64,000 nucleotides of DNA from Octopus vulgaris (GCA_951406725.2 OX597831.1:32612001-32676000); one strand, 5' to 3'. Numbered from the stretch's first letter, positions 28,096-43,024 are shown. Made by a program: numbers and translations. Notes: generated by a model not told the origin, from the letters alone.

Positions 28096-28397
28096 ATATA
28101 TTATCCGAAATGAATAGTATTAAATATCCATCACGACTGATCTTACGAATTGGTTTCGCGTGAAAAATACAATGGAGTTTTAAGTAACAAACCAATTATA
28201 TAACTTCACGCTCATCAGAGTTAGCCGATATGGAAGGGAATTAGATCGCCATATTCCCTACCATATCGGCTAACTCTGATGAGCGTAAAGTAATATAATC
28301 GGTTTGTTACCTAACACTCCACTGTATTCTTTACGCGAAGCCGATTGGTAAGACCAGCCATGGGAGATGTTTAATACTATTCATTTCGGATAATATA
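28096..28397. ncRNA. ~300-bp hairpin with a hammerhead in each arm (28141-28221 minus; 28273-28353 plus)
   Basis: Plus: TCT-CTGATGA-GCGTAAAG..CTTTACGC-GAAGC-CGATTG-GTA-AGA; minus: TCT-CTGATGA-GCGTGAAG..TTTCACGC-GAAAC-CAATTC-GTA-AGA. Confidence 0.8.
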
Positions 28398-28462
28398 CCT
28401 ACTCTACTGACAGATTTACGAGTCCATCTTCTCCCTGACTTATGGTCTCTTAGACGACTCAC

Positions 28463-28544
<82 letters not shown>

Positions 28545-28567
28545 ATGTATATGCATATATATATATA

Positions 28568-28648
<81 letters not shown>

Positions 28649-28842
28649 GTATGTATGTATCTGTGTGTGTGTGTGTCTGTATATTTATATATACACACGT
28701 AGGTAATACGTTGATAGCTATAAATATTATAAGGAAGTTAGCCAGGAGCAGTAATTTTTCTGCCATTTTCTCATCACGTCATAGAAATATCGTAAATTAC
28801 AAAAGTAATTCTACTTGAAAATTGAACCGTAGAAGACATCAG

Positions 28843-28880
<38 letters not shown>

Positions 28881-29227
28881 TATATAATTGAGGAATATAT
28901 ATTGTTTGCCAAAAAAGATGAAGATCCAAGCATTTTGCGTAAATATAAAAAGACAATATATAATACAGAGTTTAAAACTATGGAAAATGGTTAAAGTGTT
29001 ATGCCTATACATACACATATATATATGTATATATATGTACATACATATGATATACACATATATATGTGTGCGTGTATATGTATATATATATATATCGCAT
29101 GTAAACCTATTTATCTATCTATATTTATTTATTTATTTATTTATCGTCAAATAATTGGCGTAAAAATAGTACACAAATATTAATTACACGGGAATAAACT
29201 TTTACCGATCTTCCTATCCAATGCTTA

Positions 29228-29272
<45 letters not shown>

Positions 29273-29616
29273 TTTATATTTTCCTATTGTCTTGTTTATT
29301 TTCATTGTTTTCGTTATTTTCGTTATTTTCTTATATTTATTTTTTAATATCTTTTGTTCTCATCGCAAACAATTTTTCCGAACTTTAATCGACATGAAAA
29401 ACATTGTATTACAAAATCTTATTATTATTGTCGGTGGTGGTGGTCATTATAACAATAGTGGCGGTGATAGTGGGTGAAGGTGGTGCGACGGGGGAATGGT
29501 GAAGGGGGCGATGGTGTGGACGGTGACTATTTGTGGGGTTGGTCATGGGTGAGTTGGTAGTTGGTGTAGTGACGGTAAAGCTAGTTTATCTATACATTAT
29601 ATTCTTTGTTATCGTT

Positions 29617-29658
<42 letters not shown>

Positions 29659-29874
29659 GTATGCATATATATATGTGTGTGTGTATGTATGTATGTACAT
29701 GTATATATATATATAGAATGAAGATGATGATAATGATGATGTTGATGATGTCGATGATGATAATGTCGATGATGATGATGATGATGATGATGGGGAAGAC
29801 GACGGCAGAAAGAAATACGAAAAAGCTGAGGATTGAGAAGAAAAAGAAGACGAAGAAGAAACTATGATATAGCA

Positions 29875-29879
29875 GCAGC

Positions 29880-29974
<95 letters not shown>

Positions 29975-29979
29975 TGATG

Positions 29980-30034
<55 letters not shown>

Positions 30035-30039
30035 TGATG

Positions 30040-30127
<88 letters not shown>

Positions 30128-30177
30128 TAATAATAATAATAATAATGATAATAATAATAATAATAATGATAATAATG

Positions 30178-30232
<55 letters not shown>

Positions 30233-30240
30233 TAATAATG

Positions 30241-30327
<87 letters not shown>

Positions 30328-30345
30328 TATATAATTATACTAATG

Positions 30346-30406
<61 letters not shown>

Positions 30407-30420
30407 TAATAATGATAACG
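29875..30420. repeat. Compound (CAA)n-(AAT)n microsatellite, ~550 bp
   Basis: Read directly; representative of many such tracts in the window. Confidence 0.95.
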
Positions 30421-30568
30421 ATAGTTGCAAATTTTGGCACAAGTTGAGCACTTGTGAAGGAGAGGCTAAGCCGAGTACATCGACCCCAGTTGTTCAACTG
30501 GTACTCATTTTATCGATCCCGACCGGATGAAAGGCAAAGTCGACCTCTCGATAATAATAATAATATTA

Positions 30569-30662
<94 letters not shown>

Positions 30663-30664
30663 TG

Positions 30665-30699
<35 letters not shown>

Positions 30700-31011
30700 G
30701 ATAGTGATGGTAAATAAATAATAAAAATAATAATAAATATATAAATGCATAAAAATACATATAATATAAAAAAAGACAATAGTAAGAAGAACGCACACAT
30801 AATCAAAAGCAAGAATAACAACAGCAACAATAAGGATATGTAATCAACAATAATTTCAATTAAACAACAGCAGTGAATATATAATTAAAATGAGAAGATA
30901 TATTCTAGAAACAAAATGAAACTGATAATTATTGAGTTTCAGAAAAAGAGAGGTCTTAACATATGTATATAATGCTCATATATTTATGTATGTATGTGTG
31001 TATATGTAAGC

Positions 31012-31057
<46 letters not shown>

Positions 31058-31134
31058 AGAAATAATTTTCAACTTTACAATTGAAAGATTATATACACCT
31101 ATTGATTGATATTTTGTGCCTGTAGCACTTCGTA

Positions 31135-31186
<52 letters not shown>

Positions 31187-31225
31187 AAGTGTGTGTGTAT
31201 GTGTGTACTACTCCGTATGAATATA

Positions 31226-31306
<81 letters not shown>

Positions 31307-31401
31307 ATGCGTGTGTGTGTATATATATATATATATGTATGTTCATATGTATATATATATGCATATGTGTGTGTATATATATATATGTATGTATGTATAC
31401 A

Positions 31402-31466
<65 letters not shown>

Positions 31467-31473
31467 GTCTGTC

Positions 31474-31559
<86 letters not shown>

Positions 31560-31826
31560 TATATGCACATGCATAAGCGTCACAGGTTATGAAAAACCTA
31601 AATTGCATCTTTATTGTAGAACAACAAATTTCTAATTATACTTTTGAACATGACATAAGGAACGCCAAACGTACGCACATGTATGACATATGCATTACAT
31701 ACATACATACATGTACACACACATGCATACATACATACACACACATACAAAAATAAATATATACGTATACTTATATACATACGTAGGCATTGATATATAT
31801 ATATACCTGTATTTGTACTAGTGTGC

Positions 31827-31910
<84 letters not shown>

Positions 31911-31927
31911 ATATATATATATACATA

Positions 31928-31989
<62 letters not shown>

Positions 31990-31992
31990 TAC

Positions 31993-32096
<104 letters not shown>

Positions 32097-32291
32097 ATAT
32101 GTAAGTATGTATATTTATGTTTGTGTATATAATCAGATGTATGTATGTACGTATATACGGGTGTAATAGAAATAACCAGGTGATTGACATTGTCAAAAGT
32201 TGTATCGGCGAAAATAAATTAAGAGAAGATCGAAAATTAATCCCAGGAGAGCAATAAACAGAAACAGCGAACATATATTTCGATGTACATA

Positions 32292-32332
<41 letters not shown>

Positions 32333-32646
32333 CTATATATATATGTGTGTGTATGCATATGTATATCTATGTATATATCGATATATGTATGGATGTGTAT
32401 GTATGTATGTATTGGTTTTTCCGTTTTCGTTTCTCGTTGAGTTCTACGTCTAGATGTGGTGTCCTGTACTCACGTATATATATATTTATATATGCATGTA
32501 TATATACATGTAGATGTAGGTACGTACATATATGTTTGTATGTATGCATATATTTTATTTATTACACTATTGTTTGACAGCGCCCTCGCGTCGGGTTCGA
32601 TTCGATTCGTTCGCTTCGTTCCGTCCTTATTCTCCCAGTACTGTTT

Positions 32647-32679
<33 letters not shown>

Positions 32680-32756
32680 GAATGTATACACCGGAGTAAA
32701 CACATAAATGTGAAACAAGGTGGAAAAAAGAGTACTCAAATACCAGTGGTAGAGTA

Positions 32757-32909
32757 ATATGCTTTATTTAAAGCAGCAGAAAATTCAACAAAATCTGTTA
32801 CTCTGGGTTTCTCGTTGCCGTTCATCAGACAGTTTGTCTGATGAACGGCAACGAGAAACCCAGAGTAACAGATTTTGTTGAATTTTCTGCTGCTTTAAAT
32901 AAAGTATAT
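32757..32909. ncRNA. Palindrome (70-bp perfect arms, 3-nt loop) with two outward-facing minimal hammerheads
   Basis: GTTTGT-CTGATGA(32838)-ACGGCAACGA-GAAAC-CCAGA-GTA-ACAGAT, mirrored at 32794-32831. Confidence 0.8.
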
Positions 32910-32939
32910 GAATGTATATACACATATATGTATATATGA

Positions 32940-33200
32940 GTGGAAGCGCGTGGCTCAGTGGTTAGGGTGTCAGCATCATGAGCGTAAGATTGTGGTTTCG
33001 ATTCCTGGACCGGGCAACGCGTTGTGTTCTTGAGCAAAACACTTCATTTCACGTTGCTCCAGTCCACTCAGCTGGCAAAAGTGAGTAACGCTGCGATGGA
33101 CTGGCGTCCCATCCAGCTGGGGAACACATACGCCATTGAAATCGGGAAACCGGGTCCATGAGCCTGGCTAGGCTTTAAAAGGGCACATTTATTTATTATT
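32940..33200 (+). mobile_element. tRNA-derived SINE with CORE-like and V-domain-like segments
   Basis: A box TGGCTCAGTGG, B box GGTTTCGATTCC, TGTGTTCTTGAGCAAAACACTT, GCGATGGACTGGCGTCCCATCCAG. Confidence 0.8.
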
Positions 33201-33216
33201 CATTCATATGTATATA

Positions 33217-33329
33217 TCACCCTGACCGACCAGGCTATCAGATGTTGCTACACATCGCTGGTCACAATGCCCTTCGCATTGTTTTAGCCTTCAAATGACG
33301 CAACCCCGCTAGCTAAGCGAGCAGGCCAA
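33217..33329 (-). mobile_element. 3' tail of the SINE seen at 43509-43801
   Basis: Reverse complement of 43685-43801. Confidence 0.75.
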
Positions 33330-33385
33330 TATGTATATATATATATACATGTATATATATGTGTTTCTATGTATATATATATATG

Positions 33386-33433
<48 letters not shown>

Positions 33434-34389
33434 ATACATACATACATACATACTTATGTATATATATATACATATATACACACACATATATGAAGAAATA
33501 AGGGATATCTTTGTTGTTTACAGTATGGATATTACATGTGTATGTGTATTAGTGTATGCACGCGTGTAGTATATCATACAAGTTCATTTGTGTTCTTGTC
33601 TGTGTATACGTGAGTGTCAATATGTGTGTGTGTGTGTGTGTGCGTGTGTGTGTGCATGCGTTCGTTGGCATCTACTTGTATATGTGTGTGTATGTGTGTC
33701 TGTATTTGTGTGTGTGTGCGTGTGCTGGCATCTCAAAGTGTATACGTATATTTATGTATATCTCTGTTCATGTCTGTATGTTGTATGTGTGTACCTCTGT
33801 CTACACACGCATATGTGTGTTTGTGTATAGATGTATATGTGCATATATATATATATGTACATAGATGTATATATGTACGTATACGCATATAATATATCTG
33901 TTAAAATGAGATGCCAGTGTTATTTTCTTTCGTTTTGGGACTTGGTTTGCAAGATTCTTTATATGAGTTCGTGTGTTGAAGCATATTTTGTTCGTTGCGT
34001 CTTGCAACCTTTTCAAAAGTCGTTGAAAGTCAACGACTATTGAAAAGGTTGCAAGACGCAAAGAAAATTTTAGGAAAAAATAAATAAGTAAATGAGTGGA
34101 AACTTTACCGGTGAGTGTGTTAAATTATAAGGCACTGAAAGAGAATGACTCTCCCCAGACACAACAAAAAAGTGTTATTTTCATTTTTGCATAATTGAGA
34201 TGACAGTTTATTCACTGCACCCTGTATGTATGTATGTATGTATGTATGTATGTATGTATGTATGTATGTATGTATGTATGTATGTATGTATGCATGCATG
34301 CATGTATGTATATATATACATACATATACACACACATATATATACATAGTGAAACTCAGAGTAATCCCATAAACCGGCGTTATCTAAAT

Positions 34390-34467
<78 letters not shown>

Positions 34468-34496
34468 GTCTATCGATCTATCTGTGTGTCTGCCTG

Positions 34497-34591
<95 letters not shown>

Positions 34592-34798
34592 CTTCCATTT
34601 TTACAAGACCACTCTACACCTGTCCGTGGAATGGAACCCGGAACCCGAAATCAGTCGTAGGCCGGACGACTACGTTGTGTTATTATGGCAAACAGACTGT
34701 GAATGCTGAACAAAATTTTCCTCTCCAGTTACACGAGGTTTATCGACAGGCATCATCATCATCATCGTCGTCGTAATCATTATCTTTTACTCCCCCCC

Positions 34799-34834
<36 letters not shown>

Positions 34835-35124
34835 TCATCACTACGACGACCACCAACACCACCACCATTATCTCTCACCATTTCCACCATCAACTACCGA
34901 AAAGGTCAAGACGGATAAATGTCATAACGGCAAAACACAGCCCAGACAGGAGACCAATTCAACTGGGATTAAATCCCTGTCTACCAGTTTTCATTGATAG
35001 TTACCGATGAGGGCAACGGTGTGGTAACTACGAGAGCTTGGTGATGGTTGTGATGGTAAGAATGTGGGTGGTATTAGCAGAAATGGTAGCGGAGTGGCGG
35101 TGATGGTGATGATGGTAAAGTAGC

Positions 35125-35256
35125 GCTGGCAGAATCGTTAGCACGCTGGGCGAAAAAGCTTAGCGGTATTTCGTCTGCGTTACGTTGTGAGTTCAAATTT
35201 CGCCGAGGTCGACTTTGCCTTTCATCCTTTCGGAGTCGATAAATTAAGTACCAGTT

Positions 35257-35302
<46 letters not shown>

Positions 35303-35560
35303 GTATGCGTATGCACATATATATATATAAGGCGGCAAGCTGGCAGAATCGTTAGCACGCCGGGCAAAATGCCTAGCAGTATTTCGTCTGTCGTTACGTT
35401 CTGAGTTTAAATTCCGCCGAGGTTGACTTTGCCTTTCATCCTTTCGGGGTTGATAAATAAAGTACCAGTTTCGCACTGGGGTCGATGTAATCGACTTAAT
35501 CCCTTTGTCTGTCCTTGTTTGTCCCCTCTGTGTTTAGCCCCTTGTGGGTAATAAAGAAAC
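35125..35560 (+). mobile_element. Two SINE family C copies (35125-35257 partial; 35330-35560 full)
   Basis: TGGCAGAATCGTTAG A-box-like, GAGTTCAAAT B-box-like, GCCTTTCATCCTTTCGGGGT(C/T)GATAAA..AGTACCAG core. Confidence 0.85.
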
Positions 35561-35659
35561 ACATATATATGTACTCCACACAGTTATAAGAGCAATAACA
35601 CTTTGGGGAAAAAAGTCCCAAATCTTGATGCTTTTGAAAACTTTTTTCTAGACTCTGAC

Positions 35660-36190
35660 TGTTCGAACTGGACGTAACTGACCATGAAACTCTAGAATTG
35701 GTCATAAGTTACCAAAACCAACCGAAACTGATCATAACAAATCATATACATTACCATAACGAATCCTAAATGACCATAAGAGCACTAGTTGATTAAAGCT
35801 GACCATCACTGGCTATAAGTAACCATAAATGGCTACATTGTCCATAACTGACAATGACTGCTCATAATAGGATATTATCACTAACCTTAACCGACGATGT
35901 GGGGCCACATTGGTGATAACCGGCCATAGGTGTACTTAACTGGACATTTCTGACCATAACTGAACATAGGTGGCCATTAGTGTCCACAGCTAGTTATAAC
36001 CGAATAGAATGGACCAGAACTGTATATAAGTACTCAAAACTGACAAAAATTGCTCATAACGGACCAAAATTGTTCAAAATTGACCATACAAATCGGAACT
36101 GGACATAACTGACCACAAACAACCGTAATTCACAAGAGGTGTCTATACACGAACACAACTGGACGTAACCAACCATTATTGACCATGTGG
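35660..36190. repeat. Diverged ~10-bp satellite (GACCATAACT)
   Basis: Recurring actgaccata / ccataact motifs. Confidence 0.7.
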
Positions 36191-37174
36191 ATATAAGGCA
36201 GTGTTTACTATCTGTCTGTCGGTCAGTCTATCTCATTTTGAGGTCGATCTAGCACCAAGGTCACGGGATAATTGACCAATGATTGATGAGGCTTCCAATC
36301 GTATTAGATGTCACCGTTATGGCGGTTCTTATGGCAGACTCTTTTATCAAAGGATATATACACGCATATATACAAACATACATACATACATACATACATA
36401 CATGCATGCATACATACATACAAACATACATACATACATACATACATACATACATACATACATACATACATACATACAAACATATATACATACATACACA
36501 CATACATACATACATGCATACATACATACATACATTCATACATACAAACATATATACATACATACACACATACATACATACAAATATATATACATACTTA
36601 CACATACAGGCGACAATATATATATGTATGTATGTATGTATGTATTATGTATGTATGTATATATGTATGTATGAGTGTATATCTCCCCCCTCTCTTTCTC
36701 TCTCTCTCTCTCTATATATATAAATATATATATATATATATGTATGTATATATATCTATATACATACACATTAATGTGTACATGACTTATACATACATAT
36801 ACATACTGCATACGCGAGTGTGTATGTATATGTGCATATGTGTATGCGCGTATATGTGTGTGTGGGTGTAAATATTACAGACAGCAAACTGGCACGGTCA
36901 TTAGAGCGTCGGAAAAAAAGGCACGTGCTATTTGTGCTGATTCTTTACGTTCCGAGTTCAAATCCTGTCGAGGCTACTTTTACCTTTCGTCCTTTAAGGA
37001 TCGATAACAAATAATGAAAAAAAAAAAAAAAAGGAAAGAAAGAAAATACCAACCAAGATGGCGGATTAGTAGATCGAATACTTTGCAGTTTTTGGTCCAG
37101 CTTTTTGTGTTCTGAGTTCTGAGTTCAAATCTCGCAATATCCTACTTGAAATGCAGAGTTCATTCGTTGGCTGG

Positions 37175-37506
37175 TTTAACATCACCACCTTTTAGAATTG
37201 TGGTCGAATGAATCCGACCGAGGATTTAATTTTGTAAAGCTTGGCACTTCCTGTATCAGCCTCTTTTGCCGAACTGCTAAGTTACGGGGACGTAAACGCA
37301 CCAACATCGTTTGTCAAGCGGTCGTGGGAGACCAACACACGCACACACAGACACACACACACACACGCGCGCGCACTATACATGATGGGCTTCTTTCAGT
37401 TTCCGTCAGCCAACTCCATTCACAATGCTATAGTAGCCCAAGACTATAGTAGAAGACATTTGGCCAAGGTGCCATGCTGTGGGACTGAACCCGGATCCAT
37501 GTGGTT
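37175..37506 (-). mobile_element. SINE family B, truncated
   Basis: cttttgccgaactgctaagttacggggacgtaaac ... gggcttctttcagtttccgtc ... gggactgaaccc. Confidence 0.75.
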
Positions 37507-38022
37507 TCTTTTTCCTGTTAACTATTTTGAGGATCGATGAAAACGTGACTGCTGTGGGGGGTGGGGCGGTTATATACTAACGTTGATTGCACTGCACCGC
37601 AACCACCACCACCACCACCACCACCACCCATGTCACCACCCCCGCCGCCACCACATCTACCACCGCTGCCACCATCCCAATGACTGATACCTCGTCTCTA
37701 TCTTATAATTTGTTTATATTAAAAAAACACAAATATGCGGGGACTGAGTTTATCGTTTGTATCCCGTTCATTACATCATCATCATCATCATCATCCGTAC
37801 CGTCCCAACCATCCATATCCCCACCACCAACACTATCCACCACCACCACCACCACCACTACCACCAACACCACCACCACCACCACCACCACCACCACCAT
37901 CATCGTGATCGTCGTCACGGTCACCATCCTCATCATCATAAACTTCATCTACATTGTCCGCTTCCCTCTTCTCTCCTTCCTCTTCCCCTTCCTCCTCGTT
38001 TTCCTCCTTTTTCCTACTCCTT

Positions 38023-38089
<67 letters not shown>

Positions 38090-38154
38090 CTATTATCATC
38101 CCCATCAGTTATTGTCGTTCTTAACCGAAGCTTTTGCTTGATTTGTGTGTGACT

Positions 38155-38233
<79 letters not shown>

Positions 38234-38340
38234 TATGTATCTATGTATATATGTAGTTGTTCGTGTATGCATGTTTGCTTTTCTGTTTTGATTTTATCTC
38301 TTGTTTTTTTTTTAGTATCATATATATATATATATATATA

Positions 38341-38389
<49 letters not shown>

Positions 38390-38963
38390 ATATGTGTGCA
38401 TGTGTCTGCATGTTTTATTATTATACTTCAATATGTACCTTCCAGCAACTTGTGATTTCCCTTGTCTATTATATCGCAACAAAGTCTTGATTTCCCATCA
38501 GTATTTCAAACACACACTCACACACACACTCACATACACACACGCGCCACCACCACCACCACCACCATTACAACCACCACCATTGTTATCACTACCACCG
38601 CCACCATCAAGTCGCACTACCACCACCCCCCCACCCCAACTATCACTAGCACCACTCATACAACCGTCGACGCTACAACCGAAACCACTACCGAACGCAA
38701 CCACAAACTATACTACCACCAACATTGCTAGAAAGTGCACTGCTTAAAACAACGGACTTAAACGTGCTGTCGTTCAGACATAAGTCCGTTTATAAGTACA
38801 CAGAGACATAAATACACATACATACATACATACATACATACATACATACATACATACATACATACATGCATACATACATACATACATATGAATGTACGAA
38901 TGTGTATGTATATATATATGTGTATATATATATATATATATATACATACACATTCATACATTC

Positions 38964-39030
<67 letters not shown>

Positions 39031-39088
39031 TATATATATATACGCACACAATATAAATATATATATATTGTGTACACACACACACACA

Positions 39089-39127
<39 letters not shown>

Positions 39128-39178
39128 GCATATATGTATATATATATATACACACACACACGTACACACACATATGTA

Positions 39179-39212
<34 letters not shown>

Positions 39213-39491
39213 ATATATATTTATAAATAATATATATATAAATATATGTTCGCTATATATCTGTATAAGCGCGCACGCGCGTTTTTAATGTCAGAGCGTG
39301 TGTGCGTATCTATACCTTTTTGGTGCAACAATCCAAAATGTCGGACATTTCAAATGAAAGAAAACTTGTTCAATCACGTGATTTTGATTTGTTTTAAGAT
39401 TTAGATTTGATATCAGTTCGTTGGAAAAACGCTTGGTAAATAATAACACGAATAGAGAGAAAGAAGAAGAATGAGAAGAAGACGAAGGCAG

Positions 39492-39564
<73 letters not shown>

Positions 39565-39719
39565 TAATAATGATAATAATAAGACGAAGAAGAAGAGGAG
39601 GGAGAAGAAAAAGAAGAAGCAGCAGTAGCAGAAGATGGTAAAGAAGAAGCCGACGGAGGAGGAGAAGAAGAAAATAAAGAAGAGAAAGAAGGTAAAGGAG
39701 AAGACGGCAAAGAAGAAGG

Positions 39720-39757
<38 letters not shown>

Positions 39758-40138
39758 AAGAAGAGGAGGAAGAAGAAGAAGAAGAAGAAGGAGGAGGAGG
39801 AGGAGGAGGAGGAAGTGGACCGCGAGGTGGCTTAAAAAATGTGATGAAAACAAAAACAGAAAAAGAAAAAGGAAAAGGAAGAGTAGAAACAGAAGAAAAA
39901 TAAGAAAAATTTCAAGAAGATATATATAAAAAACCCAATAATAATAATAGGAAAGCAAGCAACAAATCAGAAATAAATGTTTTTTTTGCGTAGTTTTGTT
40001 TTTCATTTGTAGATAAAGCCTTATCGTTATTATATTATATTGTTTATATTTATTCATATGTTGCATTACGCTGTTTTATTAACTGTTGCATCGTTTATGT
40101 CTCTCATACACCCCTCTCTCTCTCTCTCTCTCTCTCTC

Positions 40139-40184
<46 letters not shown>

Positions 40185-40192
<8 letters not shown>

Positions 40193-40437
40193 AAAAAGGG
40201 ACAGGCAAAACAGGTTGCTTGACCGCATACCGAAAAAATAGCAGTCAAGAATGCTTATTTCTATCAAAGTTGGACTTCCGGGCATGACAGACCCTGTAAT
40301 TCACTTGCATATGTGAATTACAGGGTCTGTCATGCCCGGAGTCCAACTTTGATAGAAATAAGCATTCTTGACTGCTATTTCTATTTTTTCGGTATGCGGT
40401 CAAGCAACCTGTTTTGCCTGTCCCTTTTTCTTATATA
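40185..40437. repeat. Near-perfect hairpin, ~120-bp arms, 8-nt loop
   Basis: AAGAAAAAGGGACAGGC...GTAATTCAC ttgcatat GTGAATTAC...GCCTGTCCCTTTTTCTT. Confidence 0.95.
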
Positions 40438-40579
40438 CAATATATATACTGAACTTTACAGAAGTTCCTGCCGGTAATCGGCTATATTTACATACCGAAT
40501 TCTACCAGTAAATAATTGGGGTTTTTTTAAAAGCCTTTATAGAAATTATTTACTCTTATCATTATATATATATATATAG

Positions 40580-40774
40580 CGAGCCAGGATCCACCGACAA
40601 CATATTCGGCAGGAAGAACTACGCAAAATACCACTAAGCACACACCTAGCTACATGTGGAGAAGGAAAATTTAAGATATTTCCCTTCTACAAGTGTCCGA
40701 AGAATGACACCCCCTTCAGGAGGAATATGGAAAAACATTTCATAGCTAAGTTCTCCCCCAAATTAAATGGCTGA
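40580..40774 (+). pseudogene. Penelope-like GIY-YIG endonuclease C-terminal fragment (not in the ORF track)
   Basis: Open frame RARIHRQHIRQEELRKIPLSTHLATCGEGKFKIFPFYKCPKNDTPFRRNMEKHFIAKFSPKLNG* with R..H, H...C, R..E..FI and P.LN motifs; starts directly after (TA)n. Confidence 0.8.
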
Positions 40775-41254
40775 AACTTTACTCAACATACATTGAAGGA
40801 AAAATCTGTGTGTGTGTAGATGTGTGTATTGCCTGTTATATACATCATATTATATTATTATCTTTATAATTCACTTCCATCTTTACCCTTTAATTGTCAC
40901 TTTAATTTTAACTTTCCTATGACATACAACTTTCAAGATGGTATAATTTGGTTGTTCATTTTGAACCGATAAAAAGGTTTTTTCAAATATTTTATGTATA
41001 AGTCTGTGTGTGTGTATATATATGTGTTGGTATAAATATCAACACACAAAAATATTTTTTCTTCTCCACTTCCTCCCTTATTTTTATTTTTATTTTTTTA
41101 TTTTTTATTCTTTATATTTTTATTTATTCTTTATATTTTTTATTTTATTTTATATTTTTTGTTTTTATTTTATTTTTTTAATTTTTTTAATTTTTTATTT
41201 TTATTAATATTATTTTTATTTTCCCTTTTCTCTTTTTGTCTCTCTCCCCTTCTC

Positions 41255-41318
<64 letters not shown>

Positions 41319-41522
41319 CACACAGAGACACACAGAGACACACACACACACACACCTCCACAGAATGATCATAGAAAGTGTGACCCCAAATGACATTTGC
41401 CAGGCCAACCTATGCACAACACACACTCAGTGACATTGAAATGGACAGCCAAAGTTCTTATAAAACCACAGGGGGTCCAGCAGACCAACGGAAATAACAC
41501 TTCTTCACTCTCAGATATAAAT

Positions 41523-41604
<82 letters not shown>

Positions 41605-41806
41605 ACATATTTTCTCTCTGTCTCACTTCCTCCTCACCCACTACTACGAAACTATAAAAAGGTTCAAACTACCCACAACTGATTTGATTTGAAAACCCAC
41701 TAGAATGGGAGCAAGCGCTAATCCGAATGATATGATATATATGTAAAAAATGTAATATATAAATAAATATCTACAAATATGAACCATCTGATCTGATTAC
41801 CTCAAT

Positions 41807-41857
<51 letters not shown>

Positions 41858-41914
41858 GCAGATGCATCTATGTATATACGTATATACTCTTGTATACATA
41901 TATATATATATACA

Positions 41915-42586
41915 TTATTATGGCTGCCCCTCGTTATCGAGTATGACCATTGCACGAAGCTTAACTGTTATTGGTGCTGTGATCGAATGTGACTTTTTAG
42001 CCCAGCCAAAGATCTACAATGTCTTGTACAAAATTGGCAACTAAAACCTTTACCGGTAATAGCCGGCTGTAGTTGTAACTGGGCTTCATGTACCTTTGCA
42101 TGTCGTTTAAGTCCTCTTGCCGAATTACACTCTCTTCCACATGCCCGACAGATATGATTAGTATGGTGTGTTACACCACCACCAGTGGCCAGGTTGTCAC
42201 TCATCTGTCTCGCTTTATGACTACGAAGATGAGTCCAGCTTTACTGAGGCAGGGTCTTGTACAGACACTGCATGTCAGCATCATAGGAAGACCCTTCCCA
42301 TCTGGAAGTGTAACTGCGATGCCCTTCCTGACATCCCTCCTTACTTTCTCATGTGCAACTCGAGATTTCTCAAAAGTGGCTGTCCCCTCGTGCACTATCC
42401 TTCTCCACCTGCTACGATCAATAGCTATGCCTTCCCATGTGTCAGGAGAGATGCAAGCATCTCTTAAGGAAGCCTTCAGCAAGTCCTTATACCTCTTTTT
42501 TGGTTTATGTGGAGGTCGTTTTCCTTTAGCTAATTCTCCATAAAAGAGTTGTTTTGGCATCCTTGAATCCTTCATCCTGACCAGAT
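41915..42586 (-). mobile_element. RTE LINE 3' end with C-terminal C2H2 zinc fingers
   Basis: [36 protein letters not shown]...WE..A.DRS.WR; then CSVC, CRAC..H...H and CQFC..SHIRSQH; short 3'UTR ending CATAATAAT. Confidence 0.9.
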
Positions 42587-42603
42587 ATATATACATACAT
42601 ACA

Positions 42604-42634
<31 letters not shown>

Positions 42635-42687
42635 CATACATACATACATACATACATACATACATACAAACATACATACATGCATGC

Positions 42688-42739
<52 letters not shown>

Positions 42740-42742
<3 letters not shown>

Positions 42743-43024
42743 CAAAATACGCAACAAGGATATCTAAAGGTAATGCAGTACGATCGTTTCATGCAACTCC
42801 ATTTAATTGAACAATGCAATCATTACATCAATATAAAATGTAGAACAATCTTCAGCTGCACAAAGACATAGAATTTAATTAAATTAAAAATTCTATGTCT
42901 TTGTGCAGCTGAAGATTGCTCTACATTTTAATATGATGTAATGATTGCATTGTTGAATTAAATAGAGTTGCATGAAACGATCGTACTGCATTACCTCTGG
43001 ATATCCTTGCTGTTTATTTTGATT
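42740..43024. ncRNA. ~285-bp hairpin with an intact hammerhead core in each arm (42774-42860 minus; 42904-42990 plus)
   Basis: TGCAG-CTGAAGA-long stem II-GAAAC-GATC-GTA-CTGCA in both arms; 5-bp stem I and palindromic ACGATCGT. Confidence 0.85.

Noticed and set aside
41968-42204. Host C2H2 zinc-finger gene
   Set aside because: Contiguous with RTE ORF2 and followed by the LINE 3' tail
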